Source: Octopus vulgaris
Taxonomy: Eukaryota
DNA: 64,000 bases
Direction of reading: 5' to 3'
Assembly: GCA_951406725.2 (NCBI GenBank)
Contig: OX597830.1
Span: 77,438,001-77,502,000 of the forward strand
Shown here in pieces: positions 12,832 to 27,130 of this stretch. The notes beneath the pieces are model-generated. The model searched no databases and had not been told where the DNA came from. It saw only the letters and a program-made list of their open reading frames with translations. Made by a program: the position numbers and the translations under genes. Each line of letters begins with the position of its first letter. The first letter of the stretch is position 1.

Positions 12832-13983
12832 CAGACACGCACACACACATATATATATTATAAGTGCTAGTATAGGTTTCTTCACCACGTTGCTCCAGCA
12901 TGGTTGCAGTGTAATAGCTACCACAAGGAAAAGATAAAAGCTAAAAGATATCTACATCATATATTTGTGTCCAGTTGTGTCCACGATAACAACTATAACA
13001 ATGATAAAAACAACAATAACAACAAAAACTATGACACCATGTATGTTCAAAAGTTTATATACACATGATATACGGCATCCAGTTTCTTTCAAATGGATAT
13101 TTGTTGCTGAGCTATGGACCTGTAACCAAGGTTTACTTAGCACACTTGCGTTATTGACCAACAATCGATTGGACAAACTCGATCAAGGAGATATAATGGA
13201 ATCGAAAACAATAAGATAAATTGATTTTTCTTTTGGTTGTTATTGTTCTTGTTGGTGTTGGTGTTGTTGCTCGCGTCATGGTTGATGGTGACAGGTGATC
13301 TTGATGGATTGAAGTTGTTTGTTTATTATAGCGAGGATTGAGTGCTGTATGTACATGTGTATGCGTGTGTGTGTGTGTGTGTGTGAGTGTGTTGTTTACA
13401 GTTGGATGTGTACAGGTGTGTTCGCGTACCAGTTTACCTCTGTGTATGTATGTCTGTATGTTTTTGAGTATATGTGTACCAGTGTATTCACCTGTGGTGT
13501 GTGTAAAGTGCTTTGTCATCTGTCTCCCGCCCACCTTTGTTGATTACTCATGAGGAAATAAGGAAACTTTTCTCTTTTATTGAGTAATCCTGAAATAAAA
13601 AAACAACAACAACAACAACAAAACTGGTGCTTTCGAGCATTCGACCGTTCGACCATTCGAGCAATACCACACATGGTTGCTTTTCTAGATTATCACAAAT
13701 ATGTGTGAGTTTGTATATCTGTGTGTGTGTGCATTTATACATTTTCGCATGTAAGTCTCTGTCTGTACGACTGTATGTTTATTACGCTCGTAAATCGATG
13801 CACAGGGGAGTGTAGAAGAAAGCAGAGAAGGCAAAAAGAAGAAAAACGAGGAAAAACAACACAAACAGCAAAGAAACAAAAATATAACAGACGTATCATT
13901 CACGTTAAATGTTTTAAAGTCCTTCAACAAAACATGTTTTCTTAAAGCATACATACATACATGCATATATATATATATATATA

Positions 13984-14017
<34 letters not shown>

Positions 14018-14052
14018 GTATATATATATAAATATATATATATATTTATATG

Positions 14053-14225
<173 letters not shown>

Positions 14226-14355
14226 GTGTAATAAGAAGCTTGCTTTCCAAACACATGGCTCTAGGTTCGGTTCCACTACATGGTACCTTCTACTATAGCC
14301 ACGGGCCGACTGAAGCCTTGTGAGTGAATTTGGTAAATGGAATCTTAAAATCCAT

Positions 14356-14411
<56 letters not shown>

Positions 14412-14545
14412 TCTGCGCTTTCCCCCAGAGTCACTTGAAACCGATGTTGATGTGTTTAGTCCCCGCAGCCTAGCCGTTCGGCAAAAAAGAATAAGTTGTA
14501 GGCTAATAAAGAATAAGTCCTGGTGTCAATTTGTTCGATTAAAAC
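14226..14545 (+). mobile_element. SINE family 1, diverged copy
   Basis: Diverged head (aagaagcttgctttccaaacacatgg) and body. Confidence 0.65.
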
Positions 14546-15438
14546 ATTTACCTTTTAATTATATATATATATACACACACACACACACAAAACACGCATA
14601 TACACATGCGCGTGCGACGGGCTTCCATTCACTTTCCGTTTGCCAAATTATCGACGTACAAGGCTGTAGCTGGTCTGAGTCTAAAGTAGAAGATACTTGT
14701 CTAAAGTGCATGCCAAGGAATGGGACTGAACCCGAAACGACATGGGTGCAAAGCATTACTTTATGAGATGGTTTAATGCATAGCACGTTGCCATTCAATT
14801 TAAAGCTCAATGTCCAAACTCTGTGAAACAGTGTGTATAAAGCTACGTAAGTGTATGTGTATGTGGGAGTATGTGTGTGTGTGCGTGTGTGCGTATGTGT
14901 ACGCGCGTACGTTTCCGTTGACACATGTCCTTTACGCATAGCTGTATAGCCATATGTGTTTCGGGAACACACATCTGTGTCCTACTACGATAGGCTGTTC
15001 GTTACTAATTGAAATTCTCTCGCTTTATCTTCTTCCAGTCTTCACAATATACCTGTCAGATCCTTTGAAATTTATCGGACAATGATTATAAGGCGAATAG
15101 ATTGCGTAGTATTGATCTAGGAACTAAACACGCAAAGTTCTTCACAGATTGGACCATTGATATTCCTAAGAATGGTCACTGATTGGAATAGCAACATCAA
15201 AAGAAGCCAATGATGTTCCTAGAATATATATCAATGCGTGTGCGTGTAAGTGTACGTGTACAGGTGTGGGTGATTGTGGAGAATGGAAGGGAATTAGGAG
15301 TAAATGATGACGTAACTGTTATGAGTGAGGTTTGGATTGCTGAGCTGAGCGTCAAAGGCACAAAATGGACGTAACGAACGCAAAATGTTCGCATCATAGG
15401 CGCAGGCATTGCTGTATGGTAAGAAGCATGTTTCCCTA

Positions 15439-15817
15439 AGGCGGCGAGCTGGCAGAATCGTTAGCACGCCGGGCGAAATGCATAGCAGTATTTCGGCTGC
15501 TGCTACGTTCTGAGTTCAAATTCCGCCGAGGTCGACTTTGCCTTTCATCCTTTCGGGGTCAATTAAATAAGTACCAGTTACGCATTGAGGTCGATATAAT
15601 CGACTTAATCCGTTTGTCTGTCCTTGTTTGTTCTCTCTGTGTTTAGCCCCTTGTGGGTAGTAAATAAATAGGTATTTCGTCTGCCAGCAAGCTGGCAGAA
15701 TCGTTAGCACGCTGGACGAAATGCTTAGCGGTATTTCGTCTGCCGCTACGTTCTGAGTTCAAATTCGACTTAATCCCTTTGTCTGTCTTTGTTTGTCCCC
15801 TCTGTGTTTAGCCCCTT
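15439..15817 (+). mobile_element. SINE family 2 tandem pair nested in a family-1 SINE head
   Basis: Head aggcggcgagctggcagaatcgttagcacgccgggcg...gagttcaaattcc, central gactttgcctttcatcctttcggggtc...aagtacc; an internally deleted second copy follows. The family-1 head resumes at about 15820. Confidence 0.8.
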
Positions 15818-16528
15818 AGCTTCCCTACCAAATGATTCCGGTTTCGGTCTCTCTGCGTTGTACCTTGGGCGAGTGTCTTCTACTATAATCTCATGTAGAC
15901 CAAAGCCTTTTGAGTGGATTTGGTAGGCGGAGACTGAAAGACGCCGGCCGTATGTGTGTATGTTTGTGTGTGTGTGTGTGTGTGTGTCTATGCTTGTGTG
16001 TGTATGTGTGTATGTGTGTGTGTGTATGCTTGTGTGTGTATGTGTGTGTGTGTGTGTGTGTGTTTGTTTCTGCGCGAAAGTGTGTCTGTTTGTACATGCA
16101 TAGATGCATGTACATACATTAGGTTGTCACAGTCTCCGTCCACCAAACTAATTCACAAAGATTTATACGGCGTCATCCAGTGGTTACGGTAAAAAAAAAA
16201 AGACAATTGTCCAACGTACTTCTTAATCGGCCCGCACTCAGAAAATATCTCGATTGCGAATTGAACTTCTCAGCCACATAACCATGTCTGCGCCACACAT
16301 AGTCATAACTTTTATCTTTTACAAGTTTCAGGCATTTGACTGCGACCATGCTGAAGCTCAACTTTGAAGGACTTCATTGAACAAATCGATACCAGCAATT
16401 ATTTTCTTCAGTCTAGTATTTATTCTGTCAAACATTTGTTTTTTCTGCCGAATCACAAATCAGTTATTGGTATTTATCGGTTGGTTACTTTTATTTATCA
16501 AGTAAAGAATGTTAAGAATATAATTTTA

Positions 16529-16938
16529 GGTGCAGCAGTGGCTGTGTGGTAAGTAGCTTGCTTACCAACCACATGGTTCCGGGTTCAGTCCCACTACGTG
16601 GCACCTTGGACAAGTGTCTTCTACTATAGCCTCGGGCCGACCAAAGCCTTGTGAGTGGATTTGGTAGACGGAAACTGAAAGAAGTCCGTCGTATATATGT
16701 ATATGTATATATGTATGTGTGTGTATATGTTTGTGTGTTTGTGTTTGTGCCCCTAACATCGCTTGACAACCGATGGTGGTGTGTTTACGTTCCCTTAACT
16801 TAGCGGTTCGGCAAAATTAACCGATAGAATAAGTACCAAGCTTCCAAAGAATAAGTCCTGGGGTCGATTTGCTCGACTAAAGGTGGTGCTCCAGCATGGC
16901 CACATTCAAATGACTGAAACAAGTAAAAGAGTAAAAGA
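16529..16938 (+). mobile_element. SINE family 1, full length
   Basis: Same head, body and tail. Confidence 0.88.
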
Positions 16939-17631
16939 AGTGTTGGTCATACTACTTACTTTCCTTTTTGAGGTTTATCTGCATTTCTTGCCGTGAAAAT
17001 CTTAACTTATTGTTTCATATTTTGAAACAATGCCAACAATTTTGGTTAAAGGGATAAAGGGTTTACCATCGACCCCAGTACTCAAATGGCATTTATTTTA
17101 TCGACCCAGAAAGTATAAAAGGCAAAGTGGACCTCAGTAGAACTTGCTCAGAAATTAAATCCATAATATTGCTTTCAAATTTTGGTGCAAAGCCGGCATG
17201 TTCAGTGTAGGAGCCAAGTCGATTACATCCAGTGCTCAGCTGGTACTTATTTTATCGACCTCGAAAAAATGAAGGGCAAATTCGTCCTCGGCGGAATTTG
17301 ACTCAGAACGTAAAGCAATTACACCGGCGTGCTAATCTTTCTGTGGGATCTCCGTTGTGAAAGTTTTAATTATTAAAACCCATTTTAATAAATTGCTCAC
17401 TTATAAACCAAAACGGATGCACACACATGATGACATATATATACACACACACGCACGCGACTCACATAAACCGACTGCGACCTCCAATAGCAGAGGATGA
17501 AAGCGCGTCTCAGCATCTATGAAACTTGAAGTGATTTTGAGCTGAATCAACCTGTTATTAAATACAGCCCCAAATAAATTAGTAGAGTACTTCGATCTTC
17601 CGATTGGACGACCTATCTGTGTGTGTATGTA

Positions 17632-17691
<60 letters not shown>

Positions 17692-17781
17692 CATACATAA
17701 TTTACAAAATATTTTGGTATTTTTTGATATGCTGGCCATTGATAAAATTTTTTTCTCGAAAAAAATATTTATCCTACATTA

Positions 17782-17825
<44 letters not shown>

Positions 17826-18649
17826 TCACGCATATAATATGTATGTATATGTATGCATGTTAAGTGTACTTATGTGGTTATTTTTTTGTGTTTGTATGTT
17901 ATACTTATGCGTCTTTATATGAAAAAAAAAACAAGAATAATCAGTCCATTGAAATCGCAACAGAACTGAAATGGAAATCTTTTAATACCAAACTATTGAA
18001 ATCTTCCTTTGATAGTTCGCTAAACTGGCTCGAAAATATATGAGTTACAATAAAGAATATCAACAAGATTAATAGATTTATGATTACCTTTACTGTACTT
18101 GTTATCGTTGTTGCAGTTTTCATTATTATTATCATCTTCGTTGTTGTTGTTTTTGCTATATAAGTGTTTAACTTTAGCAGTTTGAGGCAAATTTCTACTG
18201 CATCACCTGCTACACCTCCATGTTGCTGGGGGGGGGGTGGTGAGCAGCGTTCTTTTCTATTGTTGGGAGTGCGCAGACTCTTCCCGGTATTGTCTTGCTT
18301 TAGTTCTTTTTTCTTGAGTTTTCGTGCAGTCTTTTGTTGTATTACTGCTTGTATTGTGTGTTAAGTGTGTACTACGTTGGTTAACTGACCTGCTGGTGGA
18401 AGTTTATTTTACAGGATAATTGCTGTAATAGAGTGTGTCTTGTGTTTGTGGAAGTTTTGTTGGTATTATTTGTTTTTTTCACCTGCACGATTTTCTCTAA
18501 GGAAAATAAGAACTTGGGTTTTTTGCGTGGACTCATGTACCCTGACCCCCTAATATGCCACAAACTCCTTATTTTTGTTCGAAAAAAAAGGGGGTGGGAA
18601 AGTGAACCCCCTCCCCCATCCCGGAATCATTTGAACGTAAAAAGTACCA

Positions 18650-18882
18650 TTCGAACGCGATCGATGCCAGTGTCATCTGATTGTCCCCCGTTGCAGCCAC
18701 ACTCGAAAAGCGTCCACTACCCTCTCGGAGTGGCTGGCATTTGGAACGGCATCCAGCTGTTGAAATTTTGCTAGAACAGACTGGAGTCTCATTGCAGTCT
18801 CCTGGCTTGCCAGTTTTTAGTCAAACCGTTCAATCTATGGCAGCATGGAAAGCAGACGTTAAACGATAATGATGATGATGAT
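18650..18882 (+). mobile_element. 3' part of a SINE/LINE-tail repeat ending in (gat)n
   Basis: tggctggcatttggaacggcatccagctgttgaaa...gcagcatggaaagcagacgttaaacgataatgatgatgat; resembles a retroposon tail (recall). Confidence 0.45.
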
Positions 18883-20835
18883 GTATAATGATATATATAA
18901 TTACGATAGATTGTTACCCGTTCAATATTTAGGTAAACTTCGTCACCTACTCTCTCTCTCTCTCTCTCTCTCTCCACACACACAAAAATGAAACACATTT
19001 CGGCGCCAAAAATTGCAAAGGGAAAATCTATTCGGTATTATTACAAATATTATATTCAGTGATTTTAAGAGGTAAGAAAAAGATATTTTGTTAATATACT
19101 TTTACTTCGTTTCACACATACACGCAAAAACTCTAACGTGTTTTTTTTTTTTTAGATGAATTTATCGTTTGTTATCTCTCCACATACTTCGTCACCATAA
19201 ACTTCTATAACCTCTGCATTTTCACTTATTCATTTCAAACTTCTTTGAATTTTCAATCTAATATAATCCACGCTCTCTCGAAAACGGATTTCTGCAAAAT
19301 GTTATCTAAAATTATGGATAAAGAAAGAAATACCAAAAAATATTTGAAAATGGAGGTGGGGTGAAATTTTCGAGGGTTCCACCCCACCCCATTTTCCGGA
19401 CCCCCAAAATGGGTTTTGTAGCATATTAGGAGGTCAACGAAGGAAAAAAAAATTCCAATGATTCAGAGATATGGGATGGGGGTATATGCATCACAACCAT
19501 ATGTGCGCGACATGGTGATCTCATATCAAGATAAACAATACATGACCTTGCAGGTTGGGCCCAGTCAGAGTTTTCTCCCGATCGAGTAACACATCCCGCT
19601 CAAAGGGTCCCTGAATAAGAGTTGTTTAAGGATGATGAACGAAACACAAATGTTTCCAGAGGTGAATTATCCAAATCTCTAAGAATTCCTTTCAACACAC
19701 GGCTATGATGCTCCACCATTACTTCTGCGTATGATCAAAGATGCACATATCGTCAGCCACTAAGGGACATGCTCGATTGGTTAAGATCAAACAATTGAAA
19801 AGTAAATCTGTGGTATTGAGCAGAATATTTGCTGTAGCCCGCGGCATTTCGTGCATCTTTACATTCTGAGTTCGAATCTCACCAATTTCGACCCCGCCTT
19901 CCAACGTTTTGAGTTCGATTAAATAATTACTATCTGAGCACTGGGGTCAATGTAATACATAACTCCTTGTCCATCTACATGGCCTTGCTTTTACTTTTTG
20001 AGCCAATAAAAATTGAATTGAATTGAATTGAATCGATTAAATTCCTTCCTCAGAATATTAGACCGTCTGCCTATAGTAAAATGCATTGTTATTGTATATA
20101 ATAATAATAATGATACTTAATTATCAATAAGATGATAAAAGCAGCCGACCAGCTCCATTACTAATGGACAAACAATGCAATTGCGTTTATTCAGAGAGTA
20201 AGCTGGTGAAAAGAAATTGACGTTATAGAAGAAAACTGATCGAAGTTATGAATATCAGCAAGTCAATTTTTGTCTATATCACGTGAAAAAGCAAACTCAA
20301 CAGGGATTATGTTCAAAATTGTTCCTCACTGTGTTATTAACGTTAATATTTTTGCTACTGATGTTATTTATGTTCACTAAGTACTGCTAAGTTCTGTTAT
20401 TTCTCTATTTATTTATTTAGTTATTTATTTATTCATTTTTTTATTCAGTTTCTTTGAAATCCACTTTACATAGAATTGCAAAGTCTGTTATCTTACGCTT
20501 TTAGTGGTGGGCCCTCTACTATCATATCGAGTTTTCTTACTTCTGAACTATGGTTGTTACTCTGTATGGAGACATCCTATAAAATCGTGTAATTATTACT
20601 CGTCACCACACCTCTAATTATCTTCATCGGTATCATCCTCAACAACATTAACGGCTTCAACAGGAAGTCATATGAGAGTACGAGAGAGCCTCAACGCAGA
20701 TTGTCGTCCGGCAAAATTGGCAATGAGGTCTCTCTCCAGTTCCTCTAAACCACACTGGTCTATTTAAGTGGAAGACCAGTGCATGATTGAGTAGAATACT
20801 TTGTAGGAAGAAGAACTTAGCAGCTTGGTTTAAAT

Positions 20836-21245
20836 ATATTTCTTTACTGCCCACAAGGGGCCAAACACAGAGGAGACAAACAAGGACAGACAAAGGGATT
20901 AAGTCGATTACATCGACCCCAGTGAACGGGTACTTAATTTATCGACCCCGAAAGGATGAAAGGCAAAGTCGACCTTGGCGGAATTTGAACTCAGAACGTA
21001 ACGGCAGACGAAAATGTTTCTTTCTTACCCATAAGGGCTAAACACAGAGGGGACAAACAAGGACAGACAAAGGGATTAAGTCGATTACATCGACCCCAGT
21101 GCGTAACTGGTACTTAATTTATTGACCCCGAAAGGATGAAAGGCAAAGTCGAGCTCGGCGGAATTTGAACTTAGAACGTAACCTCAGACGAAATACGGCT
21201 ATGCATTTCGCCCGGCGTGCTAACGATTCTGTCAGCTCGCCGCCT
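20836..21245 (-). mobile_element. SINE family 2 tandem pair
   Basis: One full copy (about 21016-21245) and one 5'-truncated copy (about 20836-21015), reverse complement of 15439-15670. Confidence 0.85.
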
Positions 21246-21596
21246 TGATGGTTTAAATAAAGGAGGCGAAGGAAAGAACGTGCTCCTGACTGTTCATTTC
21301 ATAACTGTAAATGACCACCAATTAGATTCATAGTAGGAAAAAAAGAAACTGTGCGTTCAGTGACGTCAGCAAATCCACACAGAACGATGATCCGCGACAC
21401 TAAGAGAATAGTCGTCATGTCGAAAGCGTTTGAAAATAAGATAGTATCATTATGACTGGAATCCTTTTTTTTTGTTCGTAGATCAGGGCTGGGAGTCAAA
21501 GATGAACGTGGATAAAAATTCAACAGCCAAAAGATAGATAATATATGGTTTAATAAACAGAGGGAGAAATGAGCATAGAGCAGTAAAATAAATTAT

Positions 21597-21960
21597 AAGA
21601 GAAGAAAGCCCCAATCAACATAAACGTTAAATTTGCTGACCAAAGGTCCGCAATAAAAATATTGGCCTCTGGTGTGAGATTAGCAATAAAAACGCAGACC
21701 TTTGGTCTGAAGTAGGTTATAAAACCACTGACCCCTGTTATGAATTTGGTTATAAAACGGCTGACAATCTGGTACCATGCAGAGAAGAAAATTAAGCGAT
21801 AAAAGCTGTTCCAATCAACATAAAATAAACGTACTAAGCAGAGGTCTGAGATTGACAATAAAATTACTGACCTTTGCTGTGAGGTGGGTTATAAACGTTC
21901 TGAGATTGGCCATAAAACTAACCTTCGTTTTCAGTTTGACTATAAAGGTACTGTCTCCCT
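21597..21960 (+). repeat. Degenerate 33-bp minisatellite in two duplicated blocks
   Basis: Units aataaaaatattggcctctggtgtgagattagc / aataaaaacgcagacctttggtctgaagtaggt / tataaaaccactgacccctgttatgaatttggt. Block marker ccaatcaacataaa at 21611 and 21811. Confidence 0.7.
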
Positions 21961-22819
21961 AGTGTCATGTTAGCTGTAATAACTTTATTTAAACACAGAA
22001 TTATGATGGTGATTTCTATTATTACTTAAAGTAGATACTTTTACAGATTCACATATTTCGGTTTTCTGTTATCATTAACTAGCAGTCATACTAACGTACT
22101 GCCGTTGAAGAGCTTGGTCAAACAAATCAACCTCACATTTTTATTAAAATTTGCTACTTAATCTACCGGTCTCTTTGGCCAAACCGCTAAGATAGAGAGA
22201 GGCATCAACAAACCAACACCGGTTGCCAAGCGTTGGTGGAGTACAAATTCTTGAAGATGCATGATCAGTACGCCCGTCGTTGCCGACGTTGAGCAAAGAT
22301 ATAACATGGGGGAAAAAGACGGGGCTCAGTGTGTCTGGCTGTGGCCTATCAGTCCGATGCGTTATCGGAAGGCTAAGGTACCACACGAGCTAATCTGCTA
22401 AGCGTGCTCGGAAAGCTATTGAAAATCACCTGATAAGATAAGGTCCCAGACACGGAGGTCTTTTACCTCGAGCAGACCTGCCAAGCATTTATACACTATT
22501 GAAGAGATCATAAGACCACCTTGTTCGGATGTCTGACATGTTACTCCCCAAGAAACTGTTTTACAGCGAACTGTTTCCGTCAACAAAATTCCCTCACATG
22601 GTTTAGGTCGGCTCAAAGCAAAGTGCCGCGAAGTGGGACTGATCCCAAAACACCGTGTATGAAAAGCGAGCTTCTTAAGCATGTGAAAAATCCTTTACTT
22701 TCTTTTACAACACTTACTCTTTGGACTGCGACCATTCTGGGATTATTTCAGTCTGGCATTTATTCCATTGAGCCTAATTTGTCGAACTTCTGCAAGACAG
22801 AAAGTTCTACGGGACATAA

Positions 22820-23138
22820 AGACTCCCTTCGGTCATAAATGACCATGAGATTGCACCTCGAAAGTTCCCCTCCTTCACATAAGTCCGGGCAAGGTTGTTT
22901 CAGGGAGGCCAGCAGTCACCTGTGCATACCAGGCCACCGATGTTATCCAAGGGAAAGACAATGGCCAATATAGCTTGGCACCAGTAACATCACAACTCAT
23001 TTCTACAGCTGAGTGAACTGGAGCAACGTGAAATAAAGTGTCTTGCTCAAGAACACAACACACAGCCCGCTCCGGGATTCGAGCTCACAACCTCACGATT
23101 GTGAGCTTTACGCTCTAACCACTGTGTCATGCGCCTTC
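22820..23138 (-). mobile_element. tRNA-derived SINE family 4
   Basis: Head gaaggcgcatgacacagtggttagagcg...gagctcgaatccc, body tgtgttcttgagcaagacactttatttcacgttgctccagttcactcagctg. Homologs at 50256-50484 and 56041-56290. Confidence 0.75.
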
Positions 23139-23649
23139 ATTCTGTAGGGCATAAGCGGTTACAATATACGTAAAGAAATAATATCAGTTTTTAGAACATT
23201 GTGGACAAACACAAACACACTTATAAACACACTCATACACACATGGATACATGCATACACACACACGAGCATACACACATACAAATACACATGCTTACAC
23301 ATCAGCACCGCCACTGATCAGCCACTATGGCTGCTGCCGTCACACATATCTCGGTATAAGGAAACGGATAACTAATGGCCGTCTCCAACATCAGTAATAT
23401 CCGGTTACGTCACACGACGACGTCTAATTTTTTTCCCCCGTAGAATCCAGTGTAACACATTTAAGTATAAAAATGCAGTCGAGGAGTTGAGTGAAGTGTT
23501 CTTCGACAAACTGAGTTCAAGTCCTGCTGAGTTCAAATCAGTTGTATCGTCCATGGTTCCCCAAAATCAAGAGACAACAAAACAAGTAACATTGTATGGC
23601 ATACAGACATCAAGAGTAATAATTAAATGAAGACAAACGAAGAGAAAGC

Positions 23650-23871
<222 letters not shown>

Positions 23872-24359
23872 CGCCACATACAAATTATGTAAATGGTCGG
23901 TCAGTCAGCCGAGCCAGTTCACTCTAATGTCCACTCTACAACAACAGCACATCAAAGTATTATTTTATTGCTTAAGTGAAGTGTTAAATGCGATATCATC
24001 GAAGCTGTGACAGGCAACGTCTATAGAAAACAAAAAAAATACTGTCAAATATATTAGAAGCGCTAACGCTATTTAAGTAATTTTTAGAGGGCAATAAATG
24101 TAGTGAAAGATATACAATATTTATTGGGTCACATAAAAATTGTCCCTACTGTTCGCTATGGCTCAGACTGTAGAGAGCTCCACTAAATAAAATAAATAAT
24201 TAGTTAACAGCCACGTCGAGGTTTTCAGGAGACAAATTTGCACTTTCAGTATATCCCACGGGAAGAAGATACGATAAATCTTGCTTGATTAGTCGTGCTA
24301 AATCACTGATTTGACTAACGACATGCTCAGTCTGTCTTCCAGTGACTGATGGTCAAAAT

Positions 24360-25783
24360 AGTCTCTCTCCCTCTCTATTTCTCTTTCGATGTCTTCGTCT
24401 CTCTTCCTCCTTCTCTCTCTTTCTTTCTCTTCTCTCTCTCTCTTTCTCCCCTCTCTCTTTCTCTCTTCTTCACACTCTTTCTCTCCCCTCCTCACTCTTT
24501 CTCGCTCTCCCACACTCTCTCACCGCGTCCCCTCTATCTTTCTCTCCACCCCCCTCACATTCCCTCTCTATCTATCTCTGGTTAACCCCTCTCTTTTTCA
24601 CTCTCTCCTTGCTCTTTCTCCCCTCTCACTTTTCTCCCAGATTCCCTCACCTCTCTTTCTCTCTCCCAAAACCTTCTCTCTCTTCCTCTCTCCCTCTCTC
24701 CCTACCACTCTCTCTGTGCCTCCTCCGTCTCTTTCTCACTTTTCTCTCTCTCTTTCATTCCACATCTCTCTCTTTCTCCCTCCTTCCCCCTCTCTCTCTT
24801 TCTCTTTCCCTTCCCCCATATCCCTCTCCCTCTATCGTTCTGTCTCCCCTCTCCTTATCTCTTTCTCCCCCTTTTTACTACCTTCTTTATTCGCCCCTCC
24901 CCCTCATCAATATGGCTGACAGGAAGTAACTCACTGAAGCGTTCTGCCCACTAAATACATATAGGATAGGGTCACACGTAACAAACAGATTGGTTGGAAA
25001 CAAAACAAAAACAATAAACAACACATCGATTCATTGTGGTTATCCATGTAATTAGTAGATAAAAGCGATCAGCAGGGAATAATTTCAAATCTAAAAGCAA
25101 CAAACAACGGAGATTACCCTTAAAATTTTTTAGACCTTCACCTCTGTCTCTTTATCTCTCACGCTCCATTTTTGTGTCTCACTCTGTGTGTACTTCTTTC
25201 TCAGTTATTGCCATCTCCCCCTCTCTGTCCCTCTCTCTCACTCTCTCTCCCACTGTCTCCACCCTCTCTCTCTCTTGCTTTCTCACTCTCTCTCCAATTT
25301 GGTCTCTCTGTACTTCTTTCACCGTCTATCTCTCTAACACACTTTCTCTTTCTGTGCTTCTCCCTCTCTCTCTTTCTTTATCAGTGATTTTTCTCTCTCT
25401 ATCTCTCCCTCTCTCTCTCTCACACACTTCCTGTGCTTCTCTCTCTATCTCTCCCCCTCTCTCCCTCTCACTTCCTGTGCTTCTCTCTCGAGCTCTCTCT
25501 GTGCATCACGCTCTCTTTATCTTTATCTTTCTGTCTTTTGTCAGTGCGTCTCTCTCCTTTTATGTGCGCTTCTCTCTCTTAATCTGTACTCCTCCCTCCA
25601 CCCCTCTTCATCTTCCCCCTCTCCCTCTCCTTCTTCCTCTCTCCCTCTCACCTTCACACATACACACCTCATTGCGTATGCTCTTTCTCTCACTCTCATT
25701 TTCTCCCTTCCATGACATACACATCTCAGTGTATATGTTCTTGCAATCTCTCTCTCCCTCTCTCCCTCTCTCTCTCTCTCTCT
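24360..25783. repeat. Two long degenerate (CT)-rich polypyrimidine tracts
   Basis: About 24360-24905 and 25135-25783 are almost entirely C/T on the plus strand. Confidence 0.85.
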
Positions 25784-26654
25784 AAGCTCAATCGCAAGCA
25801 TTCAAATTATGTGTCCATTCTCTAAGTTGTGCTATTTCCACTTCCCTCCCACCCATCAGTCTTGGAGGCTCTACAAGGAGTTATAGGCGCCGCCCTCCAA
25901 CTTTTAATTAGCCATATATAAATGAAAAAGAAAAAAATCCCGCCTTTTCTTGTTCTATAATACAAAACCCATCGCCTAAAACTCCTTGTGTTAAATACTC
26001 CACCCTATATCATAATTTGTATTGAAAAGAAAACCAAACCGACTTATCTTATTAAATCTTGCCAAATTCTTTACTATTTTGAAGATTAATTAAAGAAAAA
26101 AAACGTTGGGTAATGTATCTCATTAAAAGTGTTGTCACAGAAGTGTTAAGTGTTAAAACTTTTTCATTAACACTTCTGGCACCAAAATCCCACGGATGAT
26201 CTCTTTTGGTTAAATATACGATACACACCATCTCGTTTTGAAATGTTCGAACATCAATTAAAACTTTCTGCATCAGAATTTTGTATAAGATTTCATTCTT
26301 TGGTTTTTGGAGATTTTTTTTTCCTTTTCCTGTATTTTGCTGCTTTCCAAAAACTAGCTTAGAAATGGAATAAAAAAAGTAAAGAAGAAAAAGTAAAAAA
26401 GTTATTTTACTAAATCCTTTTAAAATCTTGATTATTTTCGAAATTAATTGAAACACATGTGTAGAATATTTCATTAGGAATAACTTAATCTATTTGCAAC
26501 ATTAATTCCATGTTCTGCTGCCGATCTGTTTATTACCATTTCTTCTAAATTCCTAAAATCCTCTTTTTACCACACTCCCACCTCATATACACTTATATGT
26601 ATGAACATTGAACATATGTGACATAAATGTATATTTATGTTTATACATACATAT

Positions 26655-26706
<52 letters not shown>

Positions 26707-26878
26707 GTGTGTATATAAATATATATATATGTATATATACGCATGTATATCTATCTGAGTATAGGAACACATGGGTTTGTTTTTTATGCCGTCTCTCTTT
26801 TCCATTCACTTATCTCTTACACTATACATAGAGACAGACAGATAGCTAGACAGATAGATAGATATACATAAATATGCA

Positions 26879-26915
<37 letters not shown>

Positions 26916-27099
26916 GTATGTATATATATATATATATATATACACATACACACAAGCACACACACGTATACATACATATATGTGTGTGTGTGTGTGTGTG
27001 TGTGTAAATGATCGTTTGTTCATTTTTCTTTCTTTTTTGTTATTTTCTTTCGGGATTTATTTTCAATGCAATTATGTTTTAAATGAAAAGCAACTAAAA

Positions 27100-27130
<31 letters not shown>

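Noticed and set aside
18540-19500. Short inverted matches (gaccccctaatatg / catattaggaggtc) suggesting a TIR element
   Set aside because: Matches are short and not collinear; no TSD or termini identified.
21597-21960. CRISPR-like array
   Set aside because: Units are degenerate and contiguous without unique spacers; eukaryotic context, no cas genes.
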